Counted from the stretch's first letter, positions 47,635-58,081 are shown. The stretch is DNA of 64,000 nucleotides from Bacillota bacterium (GCA_029550965.1 JAKPGJ010000054.1:42181-106180), one strand, 5' to 3'. The notes: generated from the sequence alone by a model not told the origin. Numbers and translations: made by a program.

Positions 47635-50600
47635 ACCGTCTGCTTGTCAAAAACATTTTTATAAAAATAAGAAAGTCTTTCGGAAGATTTCTATCTTTGT
47701 TCTTCATCGTTCTGCTCGGTTCCGGCTTTTACGCGGGAATCCACGCGGCAGTGCCCGATATTTCAGCCGTCGCTGATAAATACTTTAAAGACTACCGCCT
47801 GACCGACTTTAAAATCGTCAGCACCCTGGGGCTGACCGACGAGGACGTCGAGGCTGTCCGCGCTTTGGGCGACGTCGCGGCGGTTCCAAGCTATTCGCTG
47901 GATACGCTGGCGGACGGCAAAGCTGTGCGCGTCCACGCGCTGGAGGAGACTGTGAACATCGTCAAGCTGATCGAAGGCAGACTGCCGGCAAACGACAGCG
48001 AGTGCGCAGCCGACCGAAGATTTTATAAAATCGGCGATACGGTTTTGGTTTCCGACGACGCGGAATTAAAAAACAAAGAATTCAGCGTGGTCGGCACGGT
48101 CGAATCGGTTCTGTATCTCTCCGAGGATTACGGCAACGCCGCCATCGGCGACGGAAAGCTGTATTCGTTTATTTTCGTGAAGAAAGAGAACTTCACCCTC
48201 GATGCCTATACCGAGATGTATATTCTTTCAAACGAAGCGGCGGAAACCACCGCGTACAGCAAACAGTACGAGCAAGCCGCCCACCACTTGTATGACCGGC
48301 TGGTCGCGCTCAAACCCGAGCGGGAGAACGCGCGCTATGAAGAAATATACGAAAAAGCCGCCGGCGAGATCAAAAAGAATGAGGAAAAGCTGAACGAAGA
48401 AATAGAAAAAGGCGAAAAAGCGCTTGCCGACGCGAAAGCCGAACTTGACGGCGGCAAGCAAAAACTTGAGGACGGAAAAAAAGAGCTGGCAGCAAGCGAA
48501 GCGCAGCTGAACGAATCCATATCAAAGCAGAATCAAGCGTTCGACTTGGCAAAGCAAAATATCGCCGCCGCGTGGGCGGAGATTAATTCTGCGTTGGAGA
48601 ACTATGGTCTGACCCAAGAAGAAATCGCCGCCAAAACCGCCGAGCTTGAAAGCGCGGTCGCAAGCATGCGGGCGCAGTTAGGCCTTCTTCCCGCCGGAAG
48701 CGCAGAATACGCGCAGCTCGAAGCGGCAATCCGACAGGCGTCCGAACAGCTTGCCGGGCTGCAGAAGCTGAAGGCGTCCATAGAATCCCTCTCGAAGCAG
48801 GAAGAAGAACTTTATCGGGGAATCGCCACGTTTAACGCCGAAATGAAAAAGGCGCAAGAGCAGATCGCGCAAGAAAAAGAAAACCTCGCGGAAAGCGAAC
48901 GTAAACTAAACGACGGATACGCCGAATATAACAAAAACTACGAAGAGTTCCGGTCAAATATCGCAGAAGCCCGGCAGAAAATCGAGGACGCGAAAAAAGA
49001 GCTAAAAACTATACCCAAACCGAAGTGGATGGTTTACGGCCGCGACGCGGCGGTGGGCTACGGCGGACTGAAGACCAGCATGAACATTATCGAATCGGTC
49101 GCCTCGGTTTTTCCGGTATTCTTTATACTGATTGTGGCGCTGATGACCTCCAACTGCATGTCGCGCATGATTGCGGAGGAGCGAAGCGAGCTTGGCGCCC
49201 TCACCTCGCTCGGCTTCTCGGACGCAAACATCATTCTGCCCTATATTTTCTATGTTTTGAGCGCGACCGTGACCGGCGCGGCAGCCGGCTTTTATGCGGG
49301 CGGCGCGATTATTCCGCGTCTGATTTACGATATGTTCTGGTTTGTGCTGCCGGAACTGATTATCCAGTACGACGGCGCCATGCTGTCTATGATTTTGGCG
49401 GTCACCGTGGCGCTGATGATTTTCGTTACGGTTTATTCCTGCCGCAAAGCGTTAAGGCAGACGCCCGCGGCGCTGCTTCGTCCCCTGCCGCCCGAAAAGG
49501 GGAAAAAGATATTCTTAGAAAAAGTTGCCCCTGTCTGGAAGCGGCTCTCTTTTTCCTGGAAAATAACCGTCCGCAACCTGTTCCGCTATACCAAACGAGG
49601 AATCATGACCATCATCGGCGTTTCGGGCTGTACCGCGCTGCTGCTGACCGGCTTCGGCATCAACGACAGCATGACCAGCGTGACCGAAAAGCAGTTCGGC
49701 GAGATTTTTCGGTATAAAAACATCATTATCCTGAAGGAAGAGACCGCGTCTGTCGGCGCCGAACTAAAAAGCCTTTTTGAACGGGAAAAAATCATAAACC
49801 CGCTGCTGATCCGGCAGAGCACGGTGAAATTCACATCGGACGACGACCTGGACTCCTACCTGATTGTGCCGGAAAACAAGGAAGGGTTCCGGCAATACTA
49901 CAACTTAAAAAGCAGAATCGACGGCGAAAACATAACCCTTGACAGCGGCGGCGCCGTGATTACGCAAAAAATCGCGGACGCGCTGAACGTTTCCAAAGGC
50001 GGCGCGGTAACCATCAAGACGGCGGACAATCAAGAATACGCGCTTCCCGTCGCGGACGTCGCCGAAAACTACATCTCCAACTACATTTTTATGGATAAAA
50101 CGCTTTACGAAGCGGTTTTCGGCGGGACAGTATCCTACAACGCCGTCGTCTCGGACAACAACGCGGACGAAACCGCGCTGGCGGCCAACCTGACGCAAAA
50201 CGAAGCGGTGCTCAACGTCATTCTGACCCGCGACGTTGTCGAGAAAACCGAAGAGAACATGAAAAGCTTCCACAGCCTGATTTCGCTGGTGATCGTCGTC
50301 GCTTCCTTGCTCGTGTTCGTCGTGCTGTATAACCTCACCTCGATCAACATCAGCGAAAGAACCCGCGAGATCGCCACCTTAAAAGTGCTGGGCTTTACCG
50401 ATTTGGAAACCAACAGCTACATCTACCGCGAGGCGTTCATCCTGTCGATGGCCAGCATCAGCGTCGGGCTGACCGCCGGCGTTTTCCTGCACCGCTACGT
50501 CATAACCGTTGTGGAAGGGTTCGTCGTTTTCCTAAAGCAGATCAAGTGGCAGAGCTTTGTGTATTCGGCCGTCCTGACGCTCATTTTTACGCTGCTGATG

Positions 50601-50666
50601 GTGATTTTTACCTACTTCAAGCTCAAAACCGTTAATATGCTCGAATCTTTAAAATCCATCGAGTAG
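47628..50666 (+). CDS. FtsX/MacB-type ABC permease with a long coiled-coil extracytoplasmic insert
   Basis: 1012 aa with two FtsX-like 4-TM modules and an approx 250-aa heptad-rich segment (KNEEKLNEEIEKGEKALADAKAEL...). The start overlaps the ATPase stop. Confidence 0.85.
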   Translation: MVNRLLVKNIFIKIRKSFGRFLSLFFIVLLGSGFYAGIHAAVPDISAVADKYFKDYRLTDFKIVSTLGLTDEDVEAVRALGDVAAVPSYSLDTLADGKAVRVHALEETVNIVKLIEGRLPANDSECAADRRFYKIGDTVLVSDDAELKNKEFSVVGTVESVLYLSEDYGNAAIGDGKLYSFIFVKKENFTLDAYTEMYILSNEAAETTAYSKQYEQAAHHLYDRLVALKPERENARYEEIYEKAAGEIKKNEEKLNEEIEKGEKALADAKAELDGGKQKLEDGKKELAASEAQLNESISKQNQAFDLAKQNIAAAWAEINSALENYGLTQEEIAAKTAELESAVASMRAQLGLLPAGSAEYAQLEAAIRQASEQLAGLQKLKASIESLSKQEEELYRGIATFNAEMKKAQEQIAQEKENLAESERKLNDGYAEYNKNYEEFRSNIAEARQKIEDAKKELKTIPKPKWMVYGRDAAVGYGGLKTSMNIIESVASVFPVFFILIVALMTSNCMSRMIAEERSELGALTSLGFSDANIILPYIFYVLSATVTGAAAGFYAGGAIIPRLIYDMFWFVLPELIIQYDGAMLSMILAVTVALMIFVTVYSCRKALRQTPAALLRPLPPEKGKKIFLEKVAPVWKRLSFSWKITVRNLFRYTKRGIMTIIGVSGCTALLLTGFGINDSMTSVTEKQFGEIFRYKNIIILKEETASVGAELKSLFEREKIINPLLIRQSTVKFTSDDDLDSYLIVPENKEGFRQYYNLKSRIDGENITLDSGGAVITQKIADALNVSKGGAVTIKTADNQEYALPVADVAENYISNYIFMDKTLYEAVFGGTVSYNAVVSDNNADETALAANLTQNEAVLNVILTRDVVEKTEENMKSFHSLISLVIVVASLLVFVVLYNLTSINISERTREIATLKVLGFTDLETNSYIYREAFILSMASISVGLTAGVFLHRYVITVVEGFVVFLKQIKWQSFVYSAVLTLIFTLLMVIFTYFKLKTVNMLESLKSIE

Positions 50667-50676
50667 CAAAAAATAA

Positions 50677-50707
50677 CCCCGCTTGCAGTTTTTGCAGCGG
50701 GGTTTTT
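50677..50707 (+). terminator. Rho-independent terminator
   Basis: Stem ccccgc(t)tgca/tgcagcgggg followed by a T-run. Confidence 0.75.
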
Positions 50708-50720
50708 CGGTTATTACAGG

Positions 50721-51629
50721 CTATTTTTCGAACTCTTTTAAAATTTTAATAAAGTGATTTGCTTCGCGCAGTACATGATCGGCAAGGAGCGGCAGAATGA
50801 TGGAGCGGATGTCGCAGTTGTTCAAACCAATGGTGCCTGCCTGCTTAAAGTCGCGGATTGCTTTTGTTTCCATCAGCGTTTTTTCAGTAATGCATTTGAA
50901 CATTTTGTCGTTTGCGGATTTGGTTTTGAGAATCAACTGCTTAAAATCGTTTGCGAAGTTATTTGCCTGTTGTATCAGTTCGTTTTCTGTCGGGTCTAAT
51001 AATCCCCGAATAAACAGCGCATGCTCCATCATGATTCTGTCCCAGAACAGTTCGGTTTCGCGAACGCTGGCTTTGAAATTACGGTTGTTGATTAAAGCCA
51101 AGAGCTGGGTTCTATACAATCTTGCCTCGCGCAGGATGTGTTCGATTAAAAGCGGATAATTAAAGGTAAAAAGCCTGCACGAAAGCACTTTCTCAAGAAC
51201 AGCTTCTTTAAAGCGTATAAGACCGTTTAGTGCTTCAAGTACGTCTTTGTTGAGTTCTTCTACCTTTCTAAAGGTGCAGCAATCGATGCAACTATCTTTT
51301 CCGGCTTTCAAACAAAGTTCCTGTTTGGTAATTTCGGTATGAATATTGATGCCGGAGAGCCTTTCTGTATTCTTTTCACTTTCCAGCGTGAAATTGGTTA
51401 CGATTTCACCCGAAGCCAGCGCTTCTTTGCTGACAATGCCGTTGCTTAGCTTTACTGCTCTGAACAGCAGTTCCTCAAACTTCTTTTTAAAGAAATCGGC
51501 TTTCGCTGCGAAATTCGCGTCCATCGGCGTAAAGCCCGACTCAAGGAACAGCGAATGCTCCTTCATGATTCTTGCAAAAAACAGGTGCAGCTCAAGCGAA
51601 TCTACAACAAAGCTTTTCTTGTTCATCAA
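50721..51629 (-). CDS. DUF2935 family protein
   Basis: 302 aa with two repeats of a helical module (HLFFARIMKEHSLFLESG / ELFWDRIMMEHALFIRGL). Confidence 0.7.
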   Translation of the reverse strand: MMNKKSFVVDSLELHLFFARIMKEHSLFLESGFTPMDANFAAKADFFKKKFEELLFRAVKLSNGIVSKEALASGEIVTNFTLESEKNTERLSGINIHTEITKQELCLKAGKDSCIDCCTFRKVEELNKDVLEALNGLIRFKEAVLEKVLSCRLFTFNYPLLIEHILREARLYRTQLLALINNRNFKASVRETELFWDRIMMEHALFIRGLLDPTENELIQQANNFANDFKQLILKTKSANDKMFKCITEKTLMETKAIRDFKQAGTIGLNNCDIRSIILPLLADHVLREANHFIKILKEFEK

Positions 51630-51746
51630 ATACCTCCTGCAGTTTTTTAAACGTTGAAAAACGTTTATGTATTGACACTACCTAAACGTTTTCGTTTTCA
51701 ACTTTTTATAATCAGGATATGTTCGCACTGCCCATTATGTTTACAT

Positions 51747-51787
51747 ACAAAAAAAGACTGACGCGGGTTGAACGCTGTCAGTCTTTT
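51747..51787 (-). terminator. Terminator after the DUF4097 gene
   Basis: Stem aagactgac/gtcagtctt flanked by an A-run and a T-run. Confidence 0.65.
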
Positions 51788-51800
51788 ACTTTTATCTATG

Positions 51801-52913
51801 CTACTTTTGTTTTATGCTTATGTTGCCGCTGGTCGAGGAAAGGTTGAAAACCGCGCTTCCGTCCCCGTAAACCGCTTTGTTGTCGGTGATTGTTACCGGC
51901 AGTTCGCTGTTGAATCTGCCGCTGGATACATGATAGTACGCGGTAAAGCCTTTGTCGCCGGGAACCGTCAGCCGTATCTGGCCGCTCGTGGTGTACGCGT
52001 CCACGCTGCTCGGGCAAACGCCGAATTCGAGCGTAACGTCGCCGGAGGTCGAGCCGCATTTGACTTCTTCTGCGTCAACCGCCAGAATGATCGAACCGCT
52101 GGTAGCGCCGCAGTTGACTTTGCTGAACTGACCCGCCGCCTTGATGGTTCCGGAAACGCTTCCCGCATCCAGCTTATTTGCATTGCCGGCAAAACCAATG
52201 CTTCCGCTGGTCGTGCTCAGCGCCGCCGTCTGCGCCGTTCCGGCGAAGGCGATGGAGCCCGAAACGCTTTGAAGATTCACGCGCTGCGCGTTGCCGGCCA
52301 CTTTTATAGAACCGCTGCTGCTCTTGCAGTAGATGCCGCTGATTGCGCCCGCGCCGTCGGGCAGGTTTTCCGCAGACAAACGGATGTCGCCGGAAGCGCT
52401 TTCCAGTTTGAATTCTTCCGCGGCGATTTCCTCTATCAGCATATCCGCGGATACGGCGTCAACCCTGCATTCTTTCAGCGCGCCCATGCTCTCTGGAATC
52501 CGCACGGTCAGGCGCTTTTCTTTGTTCAGTTCCCAATACCTTGCTTTTTTCGGCGAACAGAACTTGATATAAAGCACGCCGTCCTTGACCAGATAGCACA
52601 GCTTCTCGTCCTCGTTTAATTCTTCGGATTTCGTTTCCGAAACGGAAATCATCTGTCCGCTATGCTTTTCGATCGTAACGCGGTCGGCTATCCAGTTGAC
52701 GTCTATTTTTTCGATTCCCTGCGCGGAAAGCTCCGCGTTCCCTTTGCTGTAAAGGTCGGAATCCGGATAGGTGTAAATGTCGAACGTCCGAGCATTGAAA
52801 TTAAAATGAAACCGAAACATCGGAAACCCTCCCGTCAAGCCAATAATCCACGCCGCGATGCCCACCACCGCGACGACCGCCAGTAGAACAATAAGGACAA
52901 CATACCGTTTCAT
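51801..52913 (-). CDS. DUF4097 (putative adhesin, beta-helical repeat) membrane-anchored protein
   Basis: ATG at 52913 (MKRYVVLIVLL...) behind AAAGG. Repeated (S/T)SG(S/D/T)I strands occur throughout. The ORF-track start at 53006 lies upstream of the predicted promoter. Confidence 0.75.
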   Translation of the reverse strand: MKRYVVLIVLLAVVAVVGIAAWIIGLTGGFPMFRFHFNFNARTFDIYTYPDSDLYSKGNAELSAQGIEKIDVNWIADRVTIEKHSGQMISVSETKSEELNEDEKLCYLVKDGVLYIKFCSPKKARYWELNKEKRLTVRIPESMGALKECRVDAVSADMLIEEIAAEEFKLESASGDIRLSAENLPDGAGAISGIYCKSSSGSIKVAGNAQRVNLQSVSGSIAFAGTAQTAALSTTSGSIGFAGNANKLDAGSVSGTIKAAGQFSKVNCGATSGSIILAVDAEEVKCGSTSGDVTLEFGVCPSSVDAYTTSGQIRLTVPGDKGFTAYYHVSSGRFNSELPVTITDNKAVYGDGSAVFNLSSTSGNISIKQK

Positions 52914-52955
52914 AGCAACTAACCTTTTTAATTTAATTGAAGTATTCTGCTTTTC

Positions 52956-52984
52956 ACTATAACAAATTATATATTCTCTGTCAA
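52956..52984 (-). promoter_or_regulatory. Promoter of the DUF4097 gene
   Basis: The minus strand reads TTGACA - 17 nt - TATAGT. Confidence 0.55.
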
Positions 52985-53071
52985 GCAAAGCTGTAAAAAA
53001 GGACAAAGCGGCGCAGAATACCGCTTTGTCCCGCCTTATTCGTATTTATCAAAAGCGCGCGTATCCGCTTT

Positions 53072-54040
53072 TTACGCCCAGAACATTTCGGTCGGCTTGC
53101 TCTCCGCAATCATGCTCTGCTTTAAGAAAGCGACCGCTTTCTCAAGCCCTTCCTTGCTGGTCATCAGGCTGTCTTCGTGCTCGATGGAAAGAATGTCGTC
53201 GTAGCCGACCATCCTGAAGTTGCTGATCATATCACGCCAGAACTGCACATCGTTGCCGTAGCCGACGGTTCTGAACACCCACGAACGGTTAATCTCATCG
53301 CCGTAATGCTTGGTGTCCAGCACGCCGTTGACGGCCGTGTTGTATGGATCGACCTTTGTGTCCTTCGCATGGACGTGGTAAATCGCTTTGCCCAGCTTGC
53401 GGATGGCGGCTACCGGGTCGATGCCCTGCCAAATCAGGTGCGACGGGTCGAAGTTCGCGCCGATGATGTCGCCGACCGCGTCGCGCAGTCTGAGCAGTGT
53501 TTCCGGGTTGTAAACGCAGAATCCCGGATGCATCTCGAACGCGATTTTGGTGATGCCGTGCGCCTTGCAGAACTCGACTTCCGTCTTCCAGTAAGGAATC
53601 AAAACTTCGTCCCACTGGTAGTTGAGGACATGGTAGAAATCCTCCGGCCACGGGCAGGTTACCCAGTTCGGGAATTTGGAGTGCTCGCTGTCGCCGGGGC
53701 AGCCGGAAAAGCCGATGATTTTCTGCACGCCCAGCTTTTCGGCGAGCAGTACCGCGTTGCGGAAATCGTTGCGGAAGCGTTCCGCGATTTTTTTGTCCGG
53801 GTGGACCGGGTTGCCGTGGCAGGCCAAAGCGTTGATCGGCATGCCGTATTCCGCGATGGTGCCTTTAAAGGTATCGAACGCTTTTTGGTCGTTCAGCAGT
53901 ACCTCCGGGTTGCAGTGCGCCTTGCCCGGATATCCGCCCGCGCCGATTTCAAGCGCTTCGATTCCGATGGATTTTAAGTATTTTAGCGTCTCGTCCAGCG
54001 GTTTGTCGCCGAAAAGAACGGTCAATACGCCGAGTTTCAA
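53072..54040 (-). CDS. Sugar phosphate isomerase/epimerase (xylose isomerase-like TIM barrel)
   Basis: 322 aa with the typical AP-endonuclease-2/TIM-barrel pattern (EIGAGGYPG..., SIEHED). It is paired with a Gfo/Idh/MocA gene. Confidence 0.8.
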   Translation of the reverse strand: MKLGVLTVLFGDKPLDETLKYLKSIGIEALEIGAGGYPGKAHCNPEVLLNDQKAFDTFKGTIAEYGMPINALACHGNPVHPDKKIAERFRNDFRNAVLLAEKLGVQKIIGFSGCPGDSEHSKFPNWVTCPWPEDFYHVLNYQWDEVLIPYWKTEVEFCKAHGITKIAFEMHPGFCVYNPETLLRLRDAVGDIIGANFDPSHLIWQGIDPVAAIRKLGKAIYHVHAKDTKVDPYNTAVNGVLDTKHYGDEINRSWVFRTVGYGNDVQFWRDMISNFRMVGYDDILSIEHEDSLMTSKEGLEKAVAFLKQSMIAESKPTEMFWA

Positions 54041-54094
54041 AATAATAACCTCCTAATCTTTACTGTCAAGCGTACGGTTTTCCGTTTCGCTTCT

Positions 54095-55183
54095 TTATTC
54101 GTTAAAATACACAGGCTTGCCGGTGCGCGCGGACTCGTAAATGCCGTCGAGGATCTGGCTTACCGCGTACGCCTCCTCGGGCGAAACAAACGGAGATTTA
54201 TCGTCGATGACGGCGTCAATCCACAGGCGCGCTTCTCTGTACGACGGGTCGTCGCTGCCGCTTCCGGAGAAGTACGCGACGCCGCCTGCCGAGAAATCGG
54301 GCTTAAGCACATACTGCCTGCCGTGGCGGATGCCGTTGACCCGCACGCCGTCCAACATGTCGATGCCGCCCTCGGTGCCGCACAGCGTCGTGATGGCTTC
54401 TCTCGGGTCAAGAATGTTGAGCGCCCAGCTGGACTCAAGGTAAATGGTCGCGCCGTTCTCCATCACGATAAATCCGAACGCGGAATCCTCGACCGTAAAG
54501 TCCTCTTTCTTCCAGTCGCCCCAGGCATTGCCGGTCGGGAACTTGTCGCCTAACTTCTTGTATGTCGTGCCGACGCAGTACTTCGGCTTGTAGTTGTTCA
54601 TGCACCACATAGTCAGGTCGAGCGCGTGGGTTCCGATATCAATCAGCGGTCCGCCGCCCTGCTCGTACTCGTTGAGGAAAACGCCCCAGGTCGGAACCGC
54701 TCTTCTCCGCAAAGCCGTCGCTTTCGCGTAGTAAATCTCGCCGATGGCGCCGGCCTCGCACTCCGCCTTTACGAACAATGAATCCGGGCGGTGGCGGTTC
54801 TGATAGCCGATGGTCAGCTTCTTTCCGGTGCGCTTTGCCGCGTCCAGCATCTTCTTCGCCTCAGCGGCGTTGATCGCCATGGGTTTTTCGCACATAACAT
54901 GCTTTCCGGATTCCAAAGCGTCCACGGTGATGAAGCTGTGCGAGCGGTTCGGCGTGCAGACATGAACGACGTCGATGGTCTTGTCCTCCAGAAGTTTTCT
55001 GTAATCCGTATAAACCTTCGCGCCCGGCGTGCCGTACTTTTTCGCCGCTTCCGCCGCTCTTTCCTCGACGATGTCGCAGAACGCGACCATCTCGACCTCC
55101 GGAATAGCTTTTAGAGCCGGAAGGTGTTTTCCGTTCGCGATGCCGCCGCAGCCGATAATGCCTACTCTTACTTTTACAGACAT
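54095..55183 (-). CDS. Gfo/Idh/MocA family oxidoreductase
   Basis: 362 aa with an N-terminal Rossmann motif (VGIIGCGGIA) and the EKP motif (CEKPMA). Confidence 0.88.
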   Translation of the reverse strand: MSVKVRVGIIGCGGIANGKHLPALKAIPEVEMVAFCDIVEERAAEAAKKYGTPGAKVYTDYRKLLEDKTIDVVHVCTPNRSHSFITVDALESGKHVMCEKPMAINAAEAKKMLDAAKRTGKKLTIGYQNRHRPDSLFVKAECEAGAIGEIYYAKATALRRRAVPTWGVFLNEYEQGGGPLIDIGTHALDLTMWCMNNYKPKYCVGTTYKKLGDKFPTGNAWGDWKKEDFTVEDSAFGFIVMENGATIYLESSWALNILDPREAITTLCGTEGGIDMLDGVRVNGIRHGRQYVLKPDFSAGGVAYFSGSGSDDPSYREARLWIDAVIDDKSPFVSPEEAYAVSQILDGIYESARTGKPVYFNE

Positions 55184-55200
55184 GGTGATTCTCCTTTTTC

Positions 55201-55452
55201 TTAGTCTTTTATCAATACAATTCTGCTCGAATGCACAAGATAGGTTTTTCCGTCAATTACGACCTGAATCTGATCGCCGTCCGCAAAATCCCGCCATGAA
55301 TCCACTTTGCCCTCGACGATTTCTCCGTTGGGCAGTTCGATAATCGCGCGGTTGAAGGTGTAGGTCAAATCAATAATCTGCTTGTTCCCGCAGCCGCCGA
55401 AAAGCAGAACGGCGCCGAACAAAGCGGCCAACAACATTGTCTTCCATTTCAT
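55201..55452 (-). CDS. Small lipoprotein (hypothetical)
   Basis: 83 aa with a signal peptide and lipobox (LLFGGC). Confidence 0.6.
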   Translation of the reverse strand: MKWKTMLLAALFGAVLLFGGCGNKQIIDLTYTFNRAIIELPNGEIVEGKVDSWRDFADGDQIQVVIDGKTYLVHSSRIVLIKD

Positions 55453-55466
55453 AAGCTGTTCTCCTT

Positions 55467-58052
55467 TTATTTGAATATGATTTCGTTGATTTCCGGCTGA
55501 ACGCCGTCTGCCCAGGTTATTTTGACAACGACCGTATCCGCCGGTATTTCAGCCGAAAAATAATAATCGTCCAGTTTGCCGATTTCCTGCTCGCTGCCGT
55601 CGGAGAATAAAGCGGTCAGAACGGCGTTTGACACCGTCTGCTGGAATATCTCCAGCTTCTTCGCCCGCAGGTTTTTTACGTTGATGTTTATCGCTTCCCC
55701 GCTCTCCGGCATGCGGTTCGGTTTATAGCAGGTGGACAGGTCGCCGTCGAACAGTTTGTCCGCCCCGCTGCCGATCGCGCCCGCCGGCATGGCGGAAACG
55801 TTGCTGACCTGAACTGTGTAGTTGACATGGAACTCGGATAGGCAGAGCCAGTATATCTGGTACTCCATGCACACATAACGGACGTATCTCGCTTTTATGT
55901 TCAGGTTGTCCAATATCACGACCGGTTCCGTCTGTATTCCGCCGATGTCCGTCCAGTGTATGCCGTCGGACGAATACTGCATCTGCCCGGCATGGAAATA
56001 ATCTTCCTTATTGCCGCCCGCTCCAGCTTTGAGCACGATGTTCCGCACTTCCGTTTCCCGGCCGAGGTCCAGCATGACATACGAACCCTTTACCGACGCG
56101 CCGTTCCACCAGAAGTAGGTGTTCTCGTCGTTGTCGATCGCGTTTTCAAGTATGTAGTTTTTGTAAACCGGGATGTTCGACGCGGATATCGCCGCGTCCG
56201 CCCAGGCGTAGGTCGGCGCGAACGAAGCGGGAACGGCTCCGTCTGCGTACAGAGAAGCGAGCAGCTTTTCCATGTCCGCAAGCGCGGGCGCGATGACGGA
56301 AGCGCTTACCGCCGCCGGGTTTTCGCCGGACTTTTCGCTCAGCTTTCGATATTCAAGATATGCTTGATATGAAACCTCCCGGCTGCCGGCTGAATTCTGC
56401 AAGGCTTTCAGCAGAAGCAGGCTTCTTTCGGCGTATTCTTTTGTTTTGGCAAGCCACGGCGCGATTTCTTTTAAGAAATTTTGGTTTTGCTCTTTCAAGC
56501 GCACTTCGTCGACCGCCGACGAAAGCGCTTCGAACAGCCGGATTAGCTCTTCCGCTGTTTCCGGATCAAGCTGCCCCGACGCTGACGTAAGTTTATCAAA
56601 AAGCCTTTTGTACTCGGTCGAATCGGTAAAGCCGTTGATGATGTTGGCGGAAAGCACGCTGCATACCTTTTTCAGCGCGTCCGCCGTTTCGGGGTGCAGC
56701 GCCTTCAATGCGGCGCCGTAAGAGGAACCCGCCTTATAACGCTTGGGGTTCCAGACATAATCCGCCATGGTAAACAGCGGGATTTTTGACGCTTCCGCCT
56801 GATTCATCGGATTGGCGATAAACCCGCTGATGTTCTCATGCAGTTTGGTGTCCAGCCCGACCGCTGGGCCGATGAACAGGTTGTTCGGCGCGTAGTCGTT
56901 GACCGGATAGTTCCACCAAATCATCATTTTTCGGTCATAAATGCCGTTGATGCGGTCCAAATCCTTCTTTGCGATGGTCGCGGGCACGACGTCGTTACCG
57001 GTCCACATGACGATAATGCGCTTATCCAACTGTTTCGCGATCTCGCCGGTATAGCGGTCGGTTATCGCGCCCTCGAAGTATTCGGAGAAAACGGTAATCA
57101 GCGGCGTATCCCCGCAGAACTCATCCTGGAACCGATTCAAAAGATTCGCGTGTCCCGCGGCGTTCTGCATGTTCAGGTTTAAGTCGTCCAAGAAAATCGC
57201 GAAACGCTTGACGCCGATGTCGGACATCGCCCGGCACTTTTCCACGAGCGCTTTGTAGTCTTCTTCGGGGTTGTTATAATCAAAATCCTTGCCCGGTGAG
57301 ACTGCGAACACGAATTTGACGTTGTTTTCCGCGCATTTTTCAAGCAGTTCTTTGAAGCGGTTCATCTCCTCTTCCGTGTACGGTACGCGCCATTGGTCCC
57401 TGTGCTTCAGGTCGTCTTTCGGGGCGTAGATGTAGGTGTTCAGCTTCATCTGCCCCATAAATTCAATCAGGGAGAGTCTGTCCGCGTGCGACCACGGCGC
57501 GCCGTAAAAGCCCTCGATAATGCCCCGCTCCTTGATGACCGGATAGTCTTTGACGACGCATTCCATGATTTTCTGATCCGCTATCAGCGCGTCCAGCGTC
57601 ACAACCGCGTAAAACAAACCGGAAACGTCGCTGCTTCCCAGCACGATTTTGTCCGCGCCGGCGCAAAGCGTGTATCCCTGTTCGACCTCGTCGACGGAAG
57701 CGTCAAAAAAGGAAAGGTGTTCTTCCATCAAAGCAGGCTCGCAGCCGATGTAAACGGTAACTTTTGCGTCCTCGGTTTCCGAAATGCCGTGCTTGCGCAG
57801 CACGCTGCGCAGCCTTGCCAATATATAGTCGTCCGCGCCCGCAAACGCTTCGATCCGGACCGACTCGACCGCCATTTCCCGGCCGCTCGTCTTTGATTCC
57901 TGCACAAGGGGATAAACGGCCGTCAATTCGCCGCCGGAAAAGTCGATTTTGGAAACCTTTTGCTCCGGTTCGCGCTTTTCGCAAGACGTCACAATCGGAA
58001 GCATCATAAAAAGCGCCAAAAACCCCGCAGCCAGCCTTCTCATCTGTTCCAT
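55467..58052 (-). CDS. GH84 beta-N-acetylglucosaminidase (O-GlcNAcase/NagJ-like) with C-terminal F5/8 type C (CBM32-like) domains; lipoprotein
   Basis: 861 aa with lipobox IVTSC. GH84 hallmarks: GIIEGFYGAPWSH, YIYAPKDD, and catalytic DD in FAIFLDDLN. Discoidin-like segments follow (NAIDNDENTYFWW...). Confidence 0.85.
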   Translation of the reverse strand: MEQMRRLAAGFLALFMMLPIVTSCEKREPEQKVSKIDFSGGELTAVYPLVQESKTSGREMAVESVRIEAFAGADDYILARLRSVLRKHGISETEDAKVTVYIGCEPALMEEHLSFFDASVDEVEQGYTLCAGADKIVLGSSDVSGLFYAVVTLDALIADQKIMECVVKDYPVIKERGIIEGFYGAPWSHADRLSLIEFMGQMKLNTYIYAPKDDLKHRDQWRVPYTEEEMNRFKELLEKCAENNVKFVFAVSPGKDFDYNNPEEDYKALVEKCRAMSDIGVKRFAIFLDDLNLNMQNAAGHANLLNRFQDEFCGDTPLITVFSEYFEGAITDRYTGEIAKQLDKRIIVMWTGNDVVPATIAKKDLDRINGIYDRKMMIWWNYPVNDYAPNNLFIGPAVGLDTKLHENISGFIANPMNQAEASKIPLFTMADYVWNPKRYKAGSSYGAALKALHPETADALKKVCSVLSANIINGFTDSTEYKRLFDKLTSASGQLDPETAEELIRLFEALSSAVDEVRLKEQNQNFLKEIAPWLAKTKEYAERSLLLLKALQNSAGSREVSYQAYLEYRKLSEKSGENPAAVSASVIAPALADMEKLLASLYADGAVPASFAPTYAWADAAISASNIPVYKNYILENAIDNDENTYFWWNGASVKGSYVMLDLGRETEVRNIVLKAGAGGNKEDYFHAGQMQYSSDGIHWTDIGGIQTEPVVILDNLNIKARYVRYVCMEYQIYWLCLSEFHVNYTVQVSNVSAMPAGAIGSGADKLFDGDLSTCYKPNRMPESGEAININVKNLRAKKLEIFQQTVSNAVLTALFSDGSEQEIGKLDDYYFSAEIPADTVVVKITWADGVQPEINEIIFK

Positions 58053-58081
58053 CCCTTTCCTGTTAAAAAGTGCGCGGTTGA

